64,000 bases of DNA. It comes from a virus. Its lineage: Duplodnaviria > Caudoviricetes. Shown here piece by piece: positions 63,884 to 64,000 of this stretch; the first letter of the stretch is position 1, and each line of letters begins with the position of its first letter. The stretch lies in IMG/VR virus record IMGVR_UViG_3300042542_006078. One strand, written 5' to 3'. The translations under genes were made by a program, and so were the position numbers. The notes below the pieces were generated by a model. It had not been told where the DNA came from. It made no database searches and saw only the letters and a program-made list of their open reading frames with translations.

Positions 63884-64000
63884 GTCTTATTATAGTATGT
63901 TGACATGCTAGATGACGGCGCAGGCATCGAGGCCGTAATCCTGCCTCGATTGTGTTGGTATGGTCATCTCAGGCAAGGAGCAGCCCTCAACAACGACCAT

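Noticed and set aside
1-64000. CRISPR array or cas genes
   Set aside because: No regularly spaced repeat-spacer array seen. The only tandem repeats are coding (32840-32923, paralog tails).
1-64000. Stop-codon reassignment, as in some huge phages
   Set aside because: Recognisable genes (dut, phoH, glf, clpX, ligase) are full length in code 11. TAA, TAG and TGA all end genes, and read-through of TAG at 56174 or 57010 meets another stop within a few codons.
63908-64000. tmRNA tag reading frame
   Set aside because: The open frame ends in DACAVI, not an ALAA-type tag, and no tRNA-like domain is visible within the window.
1-64000. Eukaryotic giant virus (NCLDV) origin suggested by SET, GT17, GT47 and BCS1-like genes
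   Set aside because: Strong SD sites, sigma factors, sigma70 promoters, intrinsic terminators, CsrA, ClpX and MscL indicate bacterial-type expression.

Overview
A gene-dense, AT-rich 64 kb segment with genes on both strands. It reads cleanly in genetic code 11, with Shine-Dalgarno sites, sigma70-type promoters and intrinsic terminators. It is most consistent with the accessory region of a large (jumbo/huge) T4-like tailed phage. No capsid, terminase or portal gene was recognised in this window, so the phage call is an inference from the gene mix: dUTPase, PhoH, RNA ligase, HAD deoxynucleotidase, HNHs, Dps-like protein, fibre-like proteins, one tRNA and T4-like late motifs. A DUF1559 prepilin-type gene (…PAVQKVREAA…, H-X9-DG), an RpoD/RpoS-like sigma factor with an LFRKFNYLK insert that I recall as Planctomycete-type, and several secreted proteins point to a Planctomycetota (possibly Gemmataceae) host. 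Main content: (i) a large glycan toolkit (five GT2s including one GT2-TPR, GT17, GT47/exostosin, UDP-galactopyranose mutase, DUF3431, TylF and other methyltransferases, a PaaK/CapK-like ligase) plus three tandem L-type lectin-domain genes; (ii) host-control genes (two sigma factors, CsrA, ClpX, ParB-like, SET domain, MscL-like); (iii) tRNA-Arg(UCU); (iv) a set of proteins with T4 capsid-targeting-like N-termini (F-x-x-W/F-L…E). That set includes three diverged paralogs whose 3' ends are ~96% identical in DNA, a modular Cys-rich protein carrying a 168-aa mini-intein, and an HhH-glycosylase-like protein. A recurring short 5'-leader hairpin (CCGUCA-N5-UGACGG, with compensatory and G-U changes) precedes several host-type genes. 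All family calls come from motif recognition by eye, not from database searches.
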